Assembly (NCBI GenBank): GCA_964019335.1 | Contig: OZ025759.1 | Location: 124,001-188,000, forward strand | Direction of reading: 5' to 3' | DNA: 64,000 nucleotides | DNA from: Diplonema japonicum | Taxonomy: Eukaryota; Protista; Euglenozoa: Diplonemea | In this document: one piece after another, positions 32,004 through 43,231 of the stretch | Position numbering within the stretch: position 1 is the first letter of the stretch | Layout: every line of letters starts with the position of its first letter | Notes under the pieces: generated by a model | The model's input: only the letters and a program-made list of their open reading frames with translations | Told to the model about the DNA's origin: nothing | Databases searched by the model: none | Program-made: the position numbers and the translations under genes

Positions 32004-35000
32004 ATGCCATCAAAAGTAGTAAACCTCACTATTGACAGTGATAAAAACTGGCTCGCTGCTAGTGATGGAGATAAGATATACAAATACCGAACTGAGTACG
32101 CTTTGAGTGGGAGAGCCAGGTGTAAGAGGTGTGGGGAGCTTGTTAAGCAGGGTGATGTGAGGATAGGAATTCCTGTAAAATGGAAGTACTGGATCAATTC
32201 CTGGGCACACCCACAATGTGTCCGAACGCAGGAGCAGGGGAAGGAGCTTGAGAAGGTGATCTATGGCTTCAAGGACTTGAAGGGGAAGGACAAGAAAGTG
32301 CTGATCGAAACGCTCAACGGCGACCCGCTGAAGAACAACGACCTCGCTGAGGAGGACGACTGGCTGCCTTCATGTTCCGCGGCAGACATCAAACCCCTCA
32401 ACATCCCTTCGCTTCCTTTGCTCCCGCATCAGAAAATCGGCACAGCATGGATGGTGAACCAAGAGAAGACATCAGTAAAGGGCGGCATCCTTGCTGACGA
32501 GATGGGCATGGGAAAGACGCTCCAAACTATTGGACTCCTCTTCCACACAAAGACCCCAATGACCCCCACCCTTGTCATAACCCCAGCTTCTGCAATGGGC
32601 CAGTGGGAAGAAGAGATAAAAAGGTTTGCCCCCTCGCTGAAGGTTCTCATCTTCCACGGCATGACCAAAAAGTTGAAGGTTTCGGATTTGAAGAAACACC
32701 ACGTTGTTCTTACAACGTTTTCGAAGCTAGAGGCAGAGTACCGCAAGATCCTCAACGAGGCGAAGGTTTCCTGTAAGTACTGCCAAAGAAAGCTCCTCCC
32801 AGCCTCTTTGAAGCTTCACCTCAAGTACTTCTGCGGCCCTAAGGCGACGCGCACGAAGAAGCAACAGCTCCGCGAGAAGAAAGGACATGTTGCGGCAGAG
32901 AAGGCAAAGGCGACTCTGGGCATCGGGGAAAGTGTGCCGTCGATGACAAATATTTACAAAGAGATCATGAACGAATCAGGACGAGCGCCCATAGGGAGGT
33001 ACGACAAGGGCTCCAGGGCTTTGCAGCGTGATGCGGAGAAGGCTACCAACAACATCACCGTGCAGCCCATTGGGATGAAACCCTTCTACATCGACCCCAA
33101 GGAGAACCCTACCCTTGCCAAGGTGCAGGAGACCATCCACAACAAATACGGCGTTACACCTGCTGACCAAACGCTTATCCACCAAAAGGCGTCCCTTGCC
33201 GGTGCGAAGAAGAAACTGTCGGCATTCGGCATCCAGCAAGGCGACATCATCCACGTAAGCTTCACCCTCAGCGAGAGTGACAGCGACAGTGATAGCGACA
33301 GTGACGTGCCAAAGGCGAAAAGGACCAAGAAGACGAAACCCTCTGCTAAAAAGTCGAAGCCTGCGGTTGACGCTTCAAGCTCCGACGAGGAAAGTGAAAG
33401 CGATTTTCCGAAGACGCAGGTAAAAAAGAAAGCGGCAACGAAGCCGCCCACTAAACAAAGCAAAAAGGGGGCCAACTCCAAGAAACAAGTTACCGAAAGC
33501 GAGAGTAGCAGCGAAAGCGAGGCAGCACCGCAGCTAAAGGGAAAGCCAGCAGCCAAGCAGAGCAAAAAGAATGCCAAACCATCGGGGAAGAAGTCCAAGA
33601 GGCAGGTTTCGGAAAGCGACAGCAGCGACAGTGACAGCGAATCAAGCGAGGCGTCTGAGCAGCCGGTAAAAAAAGCAGGAGCAAAGAAGCCAGCAACTAA
33701 ACAGAGCAAGAAGAGAGCCGCGATGCAAGAGTCTTCCGAAGACAGTGATAGCAGTGAGAGCGAAGCATCTGTGCAGGCAAAGAAAAAAGTAGCAAAGAAG
33801 CCAGCAACTAAACAGAGCAAGAAGAGCACCAAGCCATTGGGGAAGAAGTCCAAAGGAAGGGGTGACAGCCACAGCAGCGGAAGCAGCAGTAGCGACAGTG
33901 AGAGCGTTGCTAAAGAGCAATCTAAGAAATTGCAGAAACCAGCTGGCAAGAAAGGCAAAGCCGCATCGAGCAGTGAAGACAGTGACAGCAGCGAAAGCTC
34001 GGAGGACAGCCTTCAAAAGAAAGCGTTGAAAAAGTCAACCACCAAAAGGGGTGTCAAGCCAACTGGAAAGAAAGCGGTAAAGGGGACCGACAGCGATACC
34101 GGCAGCAGTGACAGTGGGAGTGTCGCAAAAAAGAAGCCTGCAGGCAAGGCCAACAAGAGGGGAAAGCCCGCAGCTAAGAGAGGCAAGAAGCGTGCTATAA
34201 GCAGCGACAGTGACAGCGAGAGCACTGAGAGCAGTTCTGAATCCGTGAAAAAGGGGAAAGGTAAAAAACTAGTGAAAAAAGAGAACAAGAAACGCCGCAA
34301 GGACGACACGAGCAGTGAGGAGAGCAGCAGTGATAGCGAGAGCACCGAGAGCAGTTCTGAATCTGTGAAAAAGGGGAAAGGTAAAAAACTAGTGAAAAAA
34401 GTAAACAAGAAACGCCGCAAGGACGACACGAGCAGTGAGGAGAGCAGCAGTGATGACAGCAGCAGCGATAGCAGCGACAGCAGTGACAGCGACAAGGTGG
34501 GGAAGAAAAGAAAGCGTGGTAAGAAGGAGAAAAAAGACACAGATGACAAGGATGACATAAACAACCTAGATTTCGAACAATCTCTCATGTACAAGCTCAC
34601 GTGGCACAGGCTAGTGATCGACGAAGCGCACAGAATCAAGTCTCGAACCACCAATACCGCGAAGGCAGTATACGCTGTAAAGGCGGAGAACAAGTGGGGT
34701 CTAACGGGAACACCCCTGCAGAATAGGGTAGGGGACTTGTTTTCCTTGATAAGGTACCTTCGCTTCTCGCCCTATGCATACTACTTGTGCTCAGGGAAGG
34801 ATTGTGACTGCAAGTCACTTGAGTGGAAGTTTGGGAAGGAATGCAGCTGCGGTCATTCGATGATGCGCCACTACTCATCGTTCAAGAAGCAGATTTTGAA
34901 CCCCATTTCAAGGTACGGATACATAGGAGAAGGAAACAGGGCCTTTGAGATGCTGAAGTCAGATGTGCTGTCGAAAATCCAACTGCGTCGCACGAAGCTC

Positions 35001-36053
35001 GAGGTGGCAAAGGACATCAAGCTGCCGGAGCTGAAAGTAATAATCCACAAGGGAGAGCTGGATGAACGTGAGATGGACTTTTACGAGGCTCTGTACAAGA
35101 GAAGCACAGCAAAGTTCGACGGGTACGTTTCAAAAGGGACCCTCATGCACAACTATGCGCACATCTTCGAGCTGCTAGCCAGGCTGCGGCAGGCAGTGGA
35201 CCACCCGTACATTGTAACCAAGAACAAGATCAACACGGCGGATGTGAAGAAAGTAACACGTGTGCTGTGCAGTATTTGCGGCGAAGAGATCACTGACAAC
35301 AGCACAGCTGTGAAGGTCCCATGCAGACACGTTTTCCATTCAGCGTGTTGTGAGTTGTACCTGGAGATGAGCGTGGGGGAGGAGGTGGCGTGCCCCGGGT
35401 TCTGCTGTGACAAGAAGTTCAAGAAATCCTCGATAGCTGGTGCAGATGAAGAGAAAGAACCGAAAGGAAAAAAGAAAGCGAAGGAGAATAACGAAAAGGA
35501 GAGCATGATGGAGAAGGTGGACGAGGCAGAGTTCACATCGTCGACGAAGCTGGAGGACCTGGTGAAGTACATGAAGGCTGTACCGAAGGATGACAAGTGC
35601 ATCATCTTTTCTCAGTACAACGGAATGCTGGATTTGGTGAAGTGGAGGTTGCAGCGAGAGGGAATAGTTACCGCACAGCTAACTGGCAGCATGGCTGCCG
35701 AGAAGCGTAGTGTACTCCTAAAGGAATTCAGAGAGAACAGCAAGGTGAGGGCCTTGTTGCTCTCCTTGCGTGCGGGTGGTGAGGGGCTCAACTTGCAGAT
35801 CGCGAACCATGTATTCACGTTAGACCCTTGGTGGAACCCGGCAGTTGAACTGCAGGCCATCCAACGCGCCCACAGGATAGGACAGACGAAACCTGTCACT
35901 GCCGTACGCTTCGTAACGCAGAACACCATTGAAGAGAAGATGTACCAGCTACAAGAGAAGAAACAGCTTGTATTTGATGGAACCATCGACGGTTCAAATG
36001 CAGCGCTCTCTCGTCTTTCAGGCGAAGACATCAACTTCCTCTTCAACCACTAA
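32004..36053 (+). CDS. Rad16/Rad5-like SNF2 ATPase with PARP-type zinc finger, ubiquitin-like domain, Ser/Lys-rich insert and RING finger
   Basis: GGILADEMGMGKT, DEAH, LTGTPLQN, RLRQAVDHP, RING CSIC..PCRHVFH..C, GGEGLNLQ and QAIQRAHRIGQ. N-terminal EYALSGRARCKRC..WAHPQC. Confidence 0.92.
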   Translation: MPSKVVNLTIDSDKNWLAASDGDKIYKYRTEYALSGRARCKRCGELVKQGDVRIGIPVKWKYWINSWAHPQCVRTQEQGKELEKVIYGFKDLKGKDKKVLIETLNGDPLKNNDLAEEDDWLPSCSAADIKPLNIPSLPLLPHQKIGTAWMVNQEKTSVKGGILADEMGMGKTLQTIGLLFHTKTPMTPTLVITPASAMGQWEEEIKRFAPSLKVLIFHGMTKKLKVSDLKKHHVVLTTFSKLEAEYRKILNEAKVSCKYCQRKLLPASLKLHLKYFCGPKATRTKKQQLREKKGHVAAEKAKATLGIGESVPSMTNIYKEIMNESGRAPIGRYDKGSRALQRDAEKATNNITVQPIGMKPFYIDPKENPTLAKVQETIHNKYGVTPADQTLIHQKASLAGAKKKLSAFGIQQGDIIHVSFTLSESDSDSDSDSDVPKAKRTKKTKPSAKKSKPAVDASSSDEESESDFPKTQVKKKAATKPPTKQSKKGANSKKQVTESESSSESEAAPQLKGKPAAKQSKKNAKPSGKKSKRQVSESDSSDSDSESSEASEQPVKKAGAKKPATKQSKKRAAMQESSEDSDSSESEASVQAKKKVAKKPATKQSKKSTKPLGKKSKGRGDSHSSGSSSSDSESVAKEQSKKLQKPAGKKGKAASSSEDSDSSESSEDSLQKKALKKSTTKRGVKPTGKKAVKGTDSDTGSSDSGSVAKKKPAGKANKRGKPAAKRGKKRAISSDSDSESTESSSESVKKGKGKKLVKKENKKRRKDDTSSEESSSDSESTESSSESVKKGKGKKLVKKVNKKRRKDDTSSEESSSDDSSSDSSDSSDSDKVGKKRKRGKKEKKDTDDKDDINNLDFEQSLMYKLTWHRLVIDEAHRIKSRTTNTAKAVYAVKAENKWGLTGTPLQNRVGDLFSLIRYLRFSPYAYYLCSGKDCDCKSLEWKFGKECSCGHSMMRHYSSFKKQILNPISRYGYIGEGNRAFEMLKSDVLSKIQLRRTKLEVAKDIKLPELKVIIHKGELDEREMDFYEALYKRSTAKFDGYVSKGTLMHNYAHIFELLARLRQAVDHPYIVTKNKINTADVKKVTRVLCSICGEEITDNSTAVKVPCRHVFHSACCELYLEMSVGEEVACPGFCCDKKFKKSSIAGADEEKEPKGKKKAKENNEKESMMEKVDEAEFTSSTKLEDLVKYMKAVPKDDKCIIFSQYNGMLDLVKWRLQREGIVTAQLTGSMAAEKRSVLLKEFRENSKVRALLLSLRAGGEGLNLQIANHVFTLDPWWNPAVELQAIQRAHRIGQTKPVTAVRFVTQNTIEEKMYQLQEKKQLVFDGTIDGSNAALSRLSGEDINFLFNH
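34208..34452 (+). repeat. Near-perfect 120-bp tandem duplication within the SNF2 low-complexity insert
   Basis: SDSESTESSSESVKKGKGKKLVKK(E/V)NKKRRKDDTSSEESS is encoded twice with period 120. Confidence 0.9.
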
Positions 36054-36253
36054 AAGGACTTATCTTATTCCATTCTGCCTTTTACGTGGTTGTTTTCTAA
36101 CCTTTATTCGAAGGGACTCAGCACTTTGTTGGTCCCCGTTAACCTCCGATTTACTCCCCTGTTCTACTGCCTGTTTTTCGTGTTGCTTTCGGTACCATAC
36201 GCACGCGGCACACAGAACCTGAAATAAACTAACTGGGTCACGCGACTATGCCT

Positions 36254-36296
<43 letters not shown>

Positions 36297-36587
36297 GGAA
36301 GAAATAAAAGCGGAAAGAAAACCACGAAAAATTCATTTTCTTCACTCCCCTGTCCTTACTGCAATCCATTATCATTGGGAATTGGCACACGTTACTCCTC
36401 AATCATAGGATGTCTTCTTTTTTTTTTTCTCTCTTCTTCTTTTTTTTCTTTCTTTTTTATTTCCCCCGCGCAGGATACACGAATATGCTTGCTAACTAAA
36501 AGCCTAAGACGAAACTAAAAAAGAATATACGAACAAAGATAAAGGAATAGACGGAACAAAAAAAAAAAAGAAAAGACGTGGGGGTGA

Positions 36588-39500
36588 ATGAAGTCCCAAG
36601 AAAGATACTTGGATTCGCTAGCGCGGTTGTCTAAGGAAGACCTTGTGAAATTCTTACCGAATGCTCTGCTGAAGGATCTCGAGGGTGTCGAGTCCTTGGT
36701 ACCGAGCTACAAGGTCTTCAATGCCGCGCTGCTGTTCTTGGATGTGACAGGGTTTTCGAACATTGCCAACAAACTGCAGACAGAGACCAACGAAGGTAGC
36801 GACTTGCTGACGACTCACTTGAACGCGTACTTCAGTCTCATCATCGATGTAGTGAAGAAGTACCATGGGGACATCATCCTGTTCAGCGGCGATGCACTGC
36901 TTGTAATGTGGAACGAGAGTGACGTCGAGGTAGCATGTCTACAGGCTGTTGCATGTGGTATGGCGCTCTTGCAAGATGCTTCAGGGTACCAGTTTGCTGT
37001 GAAGACCACTTCAGGGGAGGACATCACGCTGGCGATGTCGCTTCACATCGGTGGTGCCTTTGGGGAAGTCATGAGCGCGGTGATTGGTGGCAAGGGCGCA
37101 CCTTCTGAAGGCCGCTGGAAGTACGTCCTCGTTGGCAGTACTATTGAAGAGCTCGGAGTTGCTGCGAATATGGGCACCGCAGGGATGTTCGTCATCACTA
37201 CCGACATGTTCAAGAATGTCCCTGCGCTCGTCCTGACGAGCAATCAGCTGCACGGCTCCATCGACGACATCTATGTCACCTTTTACCATCTCACCTCGCT
37301 CGAGCCCACCAGCGTCCCCGACAGCGTGTTGCAAACCACGCTACCGTCCCTCGACACAGAGAAAATCAATTTTTCAATCGCTTCTCAATTCACCTTCGAC
37401 ACCCTTATCCACTCCGCTGCCCATCACAGCAAAGGCCAGCTCCGCACCGTGTCCACCGTCTTCATCAAACTGCGAAGTATCAAAGTCGATACCGACTATC
37501 CAGAGCTGCACAGGAAGATCAACAAGAGCGTCCAAATCGTCCAGAAAGCCCTATCGCGCCTGGGGGGCATCCTGAACAAGGTCATTATGGACGACAAAGG
37601 CATCATCCTCGTGTGCCTTTTTGGAATCCCTCACCACACACATGAGGATGACGCCGAGAGGTCGGTGCTGTTCGGCCTCAAGGTATCGAAGAAGCTGAGC
37701 CGCGGGCTAGGCGAAACGTCAGTGGGGGTAGCTAAAGCTAACGTATTCTGTGGGATGTCTGGCTGCACTGCCCGGTATGAGTACACGGTGCTTGGTGATG
37801 GTGTCAATCTGGCTGCACGGTTGATGACGAAATGCGAATCGTTTACGAAGAAGAGGCATGTCATCTGCGACGGGCTCACTGCTGCTGCGGTCTCGAGTTC
37901 TCTGAAGGTGTGCGGGCAGGTCACGTTCCACTCTGCCGGTGAGCTTGAACTGAAGGGGCTCTCTAAGCCCATAGCCTCATTCCACGTGCTGAATGCTACT
38001 GATGCTGAGGCGTTCAGCAAGAAGCTTGGATCGAAGGGGTCGCTGATCGGCGGCTCTACGGACTCGGGAAGCAGGCCCAGTAGGTCCAGTAGCAAGTCCT
38101 CCGTATCGTCGTTCGGCTCATTGTTCTCAAGGGGCAGCGTTTCATCTATTTACTCCATGCACTCGCGGGCCTCGAACGGCAGCAGGGCCAGTCACCTGGG
38201 CAGGATTCCCCGTACCCCCCACAACAATAGAGCACATGTTGGTCTGCGGTCCAACCACTCTGTAACCAGCGAAAGCCATAGTATGACGTTCAGCAGAAGG
38301 AACTCCGACGTAGACTTCAAGGGACAGAAGGAGCAACTGGTCTGCAGGAAGAGCGAACTTACTAAACTGGTCTCGTTTTGCGATTCTGTCATCAAAGGCA
38401 AGGGCCGGAAGTTGTGCTGCATCAAAGGCACAACGCAAACCGGCAAGACCTCCTTTTTGCGGCGTGCTGATGAGTACCTCACCGAACACAACATTCAGAC
38501 CTATTTGCTAGTTGGGAACGAGTCCCGGAGCAGCCCCTTTGAAGCACTTAAGATCGCCGTCACCAGGATCCTCGAGATAGAGTTTGTTGAACCTCCTATG
38601 GTATGCACCACTGTCTTGAGAAACTCAACACAGGGCTGTGACAGCATCGATCTATCGTGGCTCAGCTACGTGGTGCGTGACTCGCGGTTAGGTATTCCTG
38701 CAGAAGAGCAGATGAGTTTGCCATCACGACAAAAGCTCGTGCATGTCTGTGAACTGATCTGTACGATGATGAAGCGACAAGAGAAGCAAGACAGGTATGC
38801 ATAAAGTGTGAAGCACCACCCACTCAGGCCTATTGTGCTGCTGGTAGATGACATTCAGTACGTCGACAGCGAGACGCAGAGCTTTCTCTTGCATGTAAAG
38901 AAACAAGAACACATGAAGATCATCTTTACCAGCAATGGAGAAAAAGATGTTAAAGGAACACACGCTGAATTGGCAGCTGATCTGGACAAGAAGAGCACGA
39001 GTACCGCCAGCGAGGGTGAGCTACAGAGTTTCGACGTGCCCATGACAGAGGAGCAGATGTATGACATGCAGAAGTTGATGAAGGGCGAAGAGGTCATTGT
39101 CCTGAAGCCGTTCACAGAGAAGCAGAACTACACGTTACTCACATATTTGTTCAACAGTGAGGTGGAACGGAAGCTGCTGAACACAATCTTTCAGAAAACA
39201 AATGGTGTGCCAGGCTATGCATTCCAAGTGGCCACCCACCTGATGGAGCACAGTCTGGTCACATACCAATACGGCCAGATGATGCTGAAAGACGATTACC
39301 CGTTGAGCGAGAGCGCCGTGCGCTTCGTGAACGGGTTCGACGCGAAGGTGATGCGTGTGATGGACACTCTCTCTCAGAACGTGAAAGAGTGTCTTTACTT
39401 GTGCAGCGCTTTGGGGAGCAGCTTTGAAAAGAGTTTTATTTTCACTTGTTACGATAAAGAAAAAAGCGAAGAAGAGGTTGATCAGATGATAGAGGGCATG

Positions 39501-40944
39501 AAGAGCACTGGGCTGCTGACTGTCGTCAACGACACCTTGCGTTTTGTGATCCCTCTCACGAAGGACGCCATCTACACATCCATGGTGAAGCAGGACAAAC
39601 AGAAGGTGCATGAGACCATCTCAAAGGTGGTCACACGAATCTCAGCACACCCAGCGCGGGACACCTTCAGGCACCTAGCTTTCATCGAAGAAGAGATCCC
39701 CTTCTCAATGTGCTCAGCAGCGCTAAAGGAAGCACTACGCGAGGGTGATCTAATCGGCTCGCTGGCGTACATCAAACACATGAAAACCTACAATGATCTT
39801 TCTGAAACAGAGAAAGTCTTTTTCAAGCTCAACGCGGCGGTAGTGTACAGCGAAGTGGGCGACTACGCCGCCAGCAGCGAGGCACTAGCCTACCTGAAGA
39901 CCAAGTTCAACGTGAAACAGCCTTCGAAGAAATCACGATGGCTGGCGTGTTGTTCTCCACAAACGGCAGACACCCTCACCGAAGAGGACCCCCTTGCCGC
40001 TACTGTACTTTGGAAGCAGGTAGAAGTTGCATTCATGAATGGCAAGAAGGCGGCGTACGTAGAGGCCTGGGAGACATACAAATCGTGTGTACCACCCTCA
40101 CCTGAGGTAGCGGGGAGGGATATGGTGTACCAGTTCGTCACCGACGCCATGCCTGTCATCTCAAGGACAAATGTTAACAAGGCGTGCCCCATCGCAGGGA
40201 CCCTCATCTTCGGTCTCAGGACAGTCGCACAAGTGTGCAAGACAGAACCCGCACCCCTCAACGACAAGCTGGACACCGTACCTTTCGAAGACACAACGCT
40301 GCAGGTCTACAACGGTGCCCTCTCTGCCGCAGGTGTTAACAGAAGCATGCAGGCTATCACCTTGTTCCTGAAGGGGGACCACACCAATTCCGAAACGGTC
40401 ATCAACAGTATCAGGGACCTCCCCTCTCAAAGATGGTCGTTGATAGGCCATTTGCTCAAAACTCTTCTGTCAAGATACTACCAGCTGGAGGTACCGTTCT
40501 TGGAGAGGAGGAACGAGGTGGCGTCCGCGTGGGCGTCGGAGTCGGAGATCCTGTCCCCAATGAAGGTGAACTATGACTGCTTCCTGTCGCCTTTGATCGC
40601 GTGCACGCAGTACAGAATGAGCGAAATGGCACCTGCTTATGCAGAGTTGAAGAGCACGCAGTTTATCACTCCGTTCCATGCTGTCTCGAGCATGGTGCTG
40701 CTGGAGTTGCAGTTGGATGTGCGTGACATGACGTCAAATGAGATGCAAGGCTACTGGGAAGTGTTGAGGGCCGCGGCAATGAAATATCCTATTTTCGACG
40801 CTGCTGTTACTTTCTATGAAGGTCTTACTGCCGTGCATGAGAAGCGGTATGACGAGGCCGACGACCGCTTCAGGATGACGGTGGAAATGTGCCTTGGCTT
40901 TGGGATGTCTGAGAGCTTCCTTTCGTGGAGGGCTACGTATGCGA

Positions 40945-41018
<74 letters not shown>

Positions 41019-41198
41019 TATTACACACCACACTGCAGGGCCCGCATCCTTATGTCTCCAAATAACAAGGTAGATGCGACCTACGCTCCTGCAGATGTCC
41101 AAGCCATGCGGGATCATATCACACTCGCCAACTCTAGGAAGCTGCTCGCTTCGGAAATTACAGGGCTGCAGTTTGTTGTCGATACTTGCAAGGGTTGA
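36588..41198 (+). CDS. Soluble adenylyl cyclase (ADCY10/sAC)-like: two class III cyclase domains, P-loop NTPase and helical C-terminus; introns 38795-38827 and 40937-41038, probably also 38601-38633
   Basis: FLDVTGFS, FSGDAL, NKVIMDDKG, EYTVLGDGVNLAARLM and Walker A GTTQTGKT. Walker B R|PIVLLVDDIQY is restored by the 33-nt intron. TNGVPGY follows. Confidence 0.88.
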
Positions 41199-41443
41199 CC
41201 AAAAAAAAAAAAAGTTCTTTTGCATACATTAACGCAAGAATGTATTTTCCCCTAGTGACACAGCGCCCTTTTACAGAAATCCTTTTTTTTTCTAGTCCGA
41301 GCCGCGCGGACACTTCACAAACAAAAGAAGGAAAGTCTTTTTTTTTTTTTTTTTTTTTGTTCTATTTTTTTTTCCCTCCGTTTTTTTTATCTATTCTTGC
41401 AAAAAGAAAAAAGGGATTCTCTCTCGCTTCCTTTTTCTTCTCT

Positions 41444-41477
<34 letters not shown>

Positions 41478-41990
41478 CCCTCTTTAATGTATCGATTTTG
41501 TGTCTTTTTACTTTATCTTCTTCTTTCTTTTTTCAGGCGTCCTGCCACATACCGCAGGTACCCTTAAATGTCTCTTTTTTTTTTTTTTTTGTTTCCCGTC
41601 TCCCTTCACTCTGAAGGCAGTGTTAACCCGTATAGTGTTCCCGGCACTTTATATTGTTGCTCGAGCACGGGTCTCTGCTACACGGTGATATGTTTAAAAA
41701 GAAAAAAAAAAAAAAGAAAAGAAAAAGAAAATCGATACACGAAAAAAAAGAAGAAAAAAAAAAAAAGAAAATGAAAAAAAGAAAAAGTGAAAAAAATCAG
41801 GAAAGTTCCGTTTTTCTTTTTTTTTCGTTTTTGTTTCCCCCCCCCCCTTTTTTTACGTATTGCTCTTTTCTTTTTTTTTTTTCTTCTTTAGGTTCTTTTT
41901 CACATTCTTTTCATTTCATCTTACTCCCCTCCACCCCTTCTGTATTGAGTACCTCCCCCTCCCTCGCTTTTTCACACTCTCCACAAGACA

Positions 41991-42734
41991 ATGAACGAGC
42001 GCACTGTGCATGCTGTGTGTTTCGATCTTGACGACACACTATGGGATATAATGCCGGCGATTCAAAGAGCAGAGGAAGTGGTGGCAAAATGGATAGCAGA
42101 CCGGCTGGGGGAAAGTGTTGCCCAGGTATTTACAAACGAGGAGCGGTACAAGAGCATGCGAACTGAAGTACACAATGAACACACCGAACTGCTGAAAGCC
42201 TGCAGGCTTAAGGAGGTACGCCGCGCCATCATCAAGGAAGGCTTGACACGTGGGGGGTACACGAAAGACGATCTAGAACCCATCGTGGACGAAGCACTTG
42301 GACACTACCTGCGCATGAGAAGCACGTTGGATCTGTTCCCCAGCTGCATAGAGATGCTAGACGAGCTGTCGGAAAGGTACACACTGGGTGCCATCACGAA
42401 TGGGAATGCGGACCTCGACTTGGTCGGCATTCAAAAGTATTTCTCGTGCCACGTGGCTGCCTTCCACCCTGGCATGAAGCCCAAGCCACACTTTGACATG
42501 TTTCACGAGGCATCCAACGTCTTAGACACCCCCCTCCACAGCATCATCATGGTGGGCGACAGCATCGCGAATGACATTGAACCCGCCCTCGCCCTCGGTA
42601 TGCGGGCTGTCTATGTTGATGTTAAGTCACCTAACACGGTGACCCCCCCGCTTGGCGTCCCCTCTGTCTCCCACCTCCGCGACCTGCCTGGCGTTATCGA
42701 AACGCTCGTCAAGCAGAACCCCCCCGGTGTTTAG
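41991..42734 (+). CDS. HAD-superfamily hydrolase (YigB-like)
   Basis: FDLDDTLWD, ITNGNAD, KPKPH and MVGDSIANDI. Confidence 0.9.
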   Translation: MNERTVHAVCFDLDDTLWDIMPAIQRAEEVVAKWIADRLGESVAQVFTNEERYKSMRTEVHNEHTELLKACRLKEVRRAIIKEGLTRGGYTKDDLEPIVDEALGHYLRMRSTLDLFPSCIEMLDELSERYTLGAITNGNADLDLVGIQKYFSCHVAAFHPGMKPKPHFDMFHEASNVLDTPLHSIIMVGDSIANDIEPALALGMRAVYVDVKSPNTVTPPLGVPSVSHLRDLPGVIETLVKQNPPGV

Positions 42735-42747
42735 CTGTTTCTTTTTC

Positions 42748-43015
42748 CAGAAATGTGCAGAGAAAGGGGGTACTGAGGGTGCATACCTTGCGACATATGA
42801 GGGGCCCGACGGCACACGGCTACGACAGGAGACCACTCTTCTCCTCGAGCCAAACAGCCCCTTACCTAGCACGACTCCATGTAATGTTCCTCGCCCAGAT
42901 GCCGTCCATCTCATGCGACAAACAGCCACCGCAGGCACCAGACAGCAACCGCAGATCGGTGACCGAATAGTGTGAATTTCTACTTGAACAGTGAGCCCAT
43001 CCACACTGAAACTTT
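42748..43015 (+). mobile_element. Short degenerate 3'-end copy of the non-LTR element at 1013-3452
   Basis: High nucleotide identity to ~3155-3450 (e.g. CACACGGCTACGACAGGAGACCACTCTTCTCCTCGAGCCAAAC), with an internal deletion and frameshifts. Confidence 0.93.
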
Positions 43016-43231
43016 AACTTTTTTTTTTCTCTTTTCTTTTTGTGTATGAAACGGAAAGAGTGCGTGATGCCGCCCTCTCCTGGTGTAGGGAGGGTGTAGG
43101 GTGTAGGGTATCCTCCGCATGCCTCTTGCACACATGGTGCTTCTTGCAGCATCGCACAAGCGACGAACACTTCGCTTTAACTTTCGAATTTTTGTTGTTT
43201 TTTGCATCCACAACAAACAGGCGGCCACAAA

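Noticed and set aside
40948-41017. Poly-Phe tract in the adenylyl cyclase ORF
   Set aside because: It lies inside a GTATG..TGCAG intron (40937-41038).
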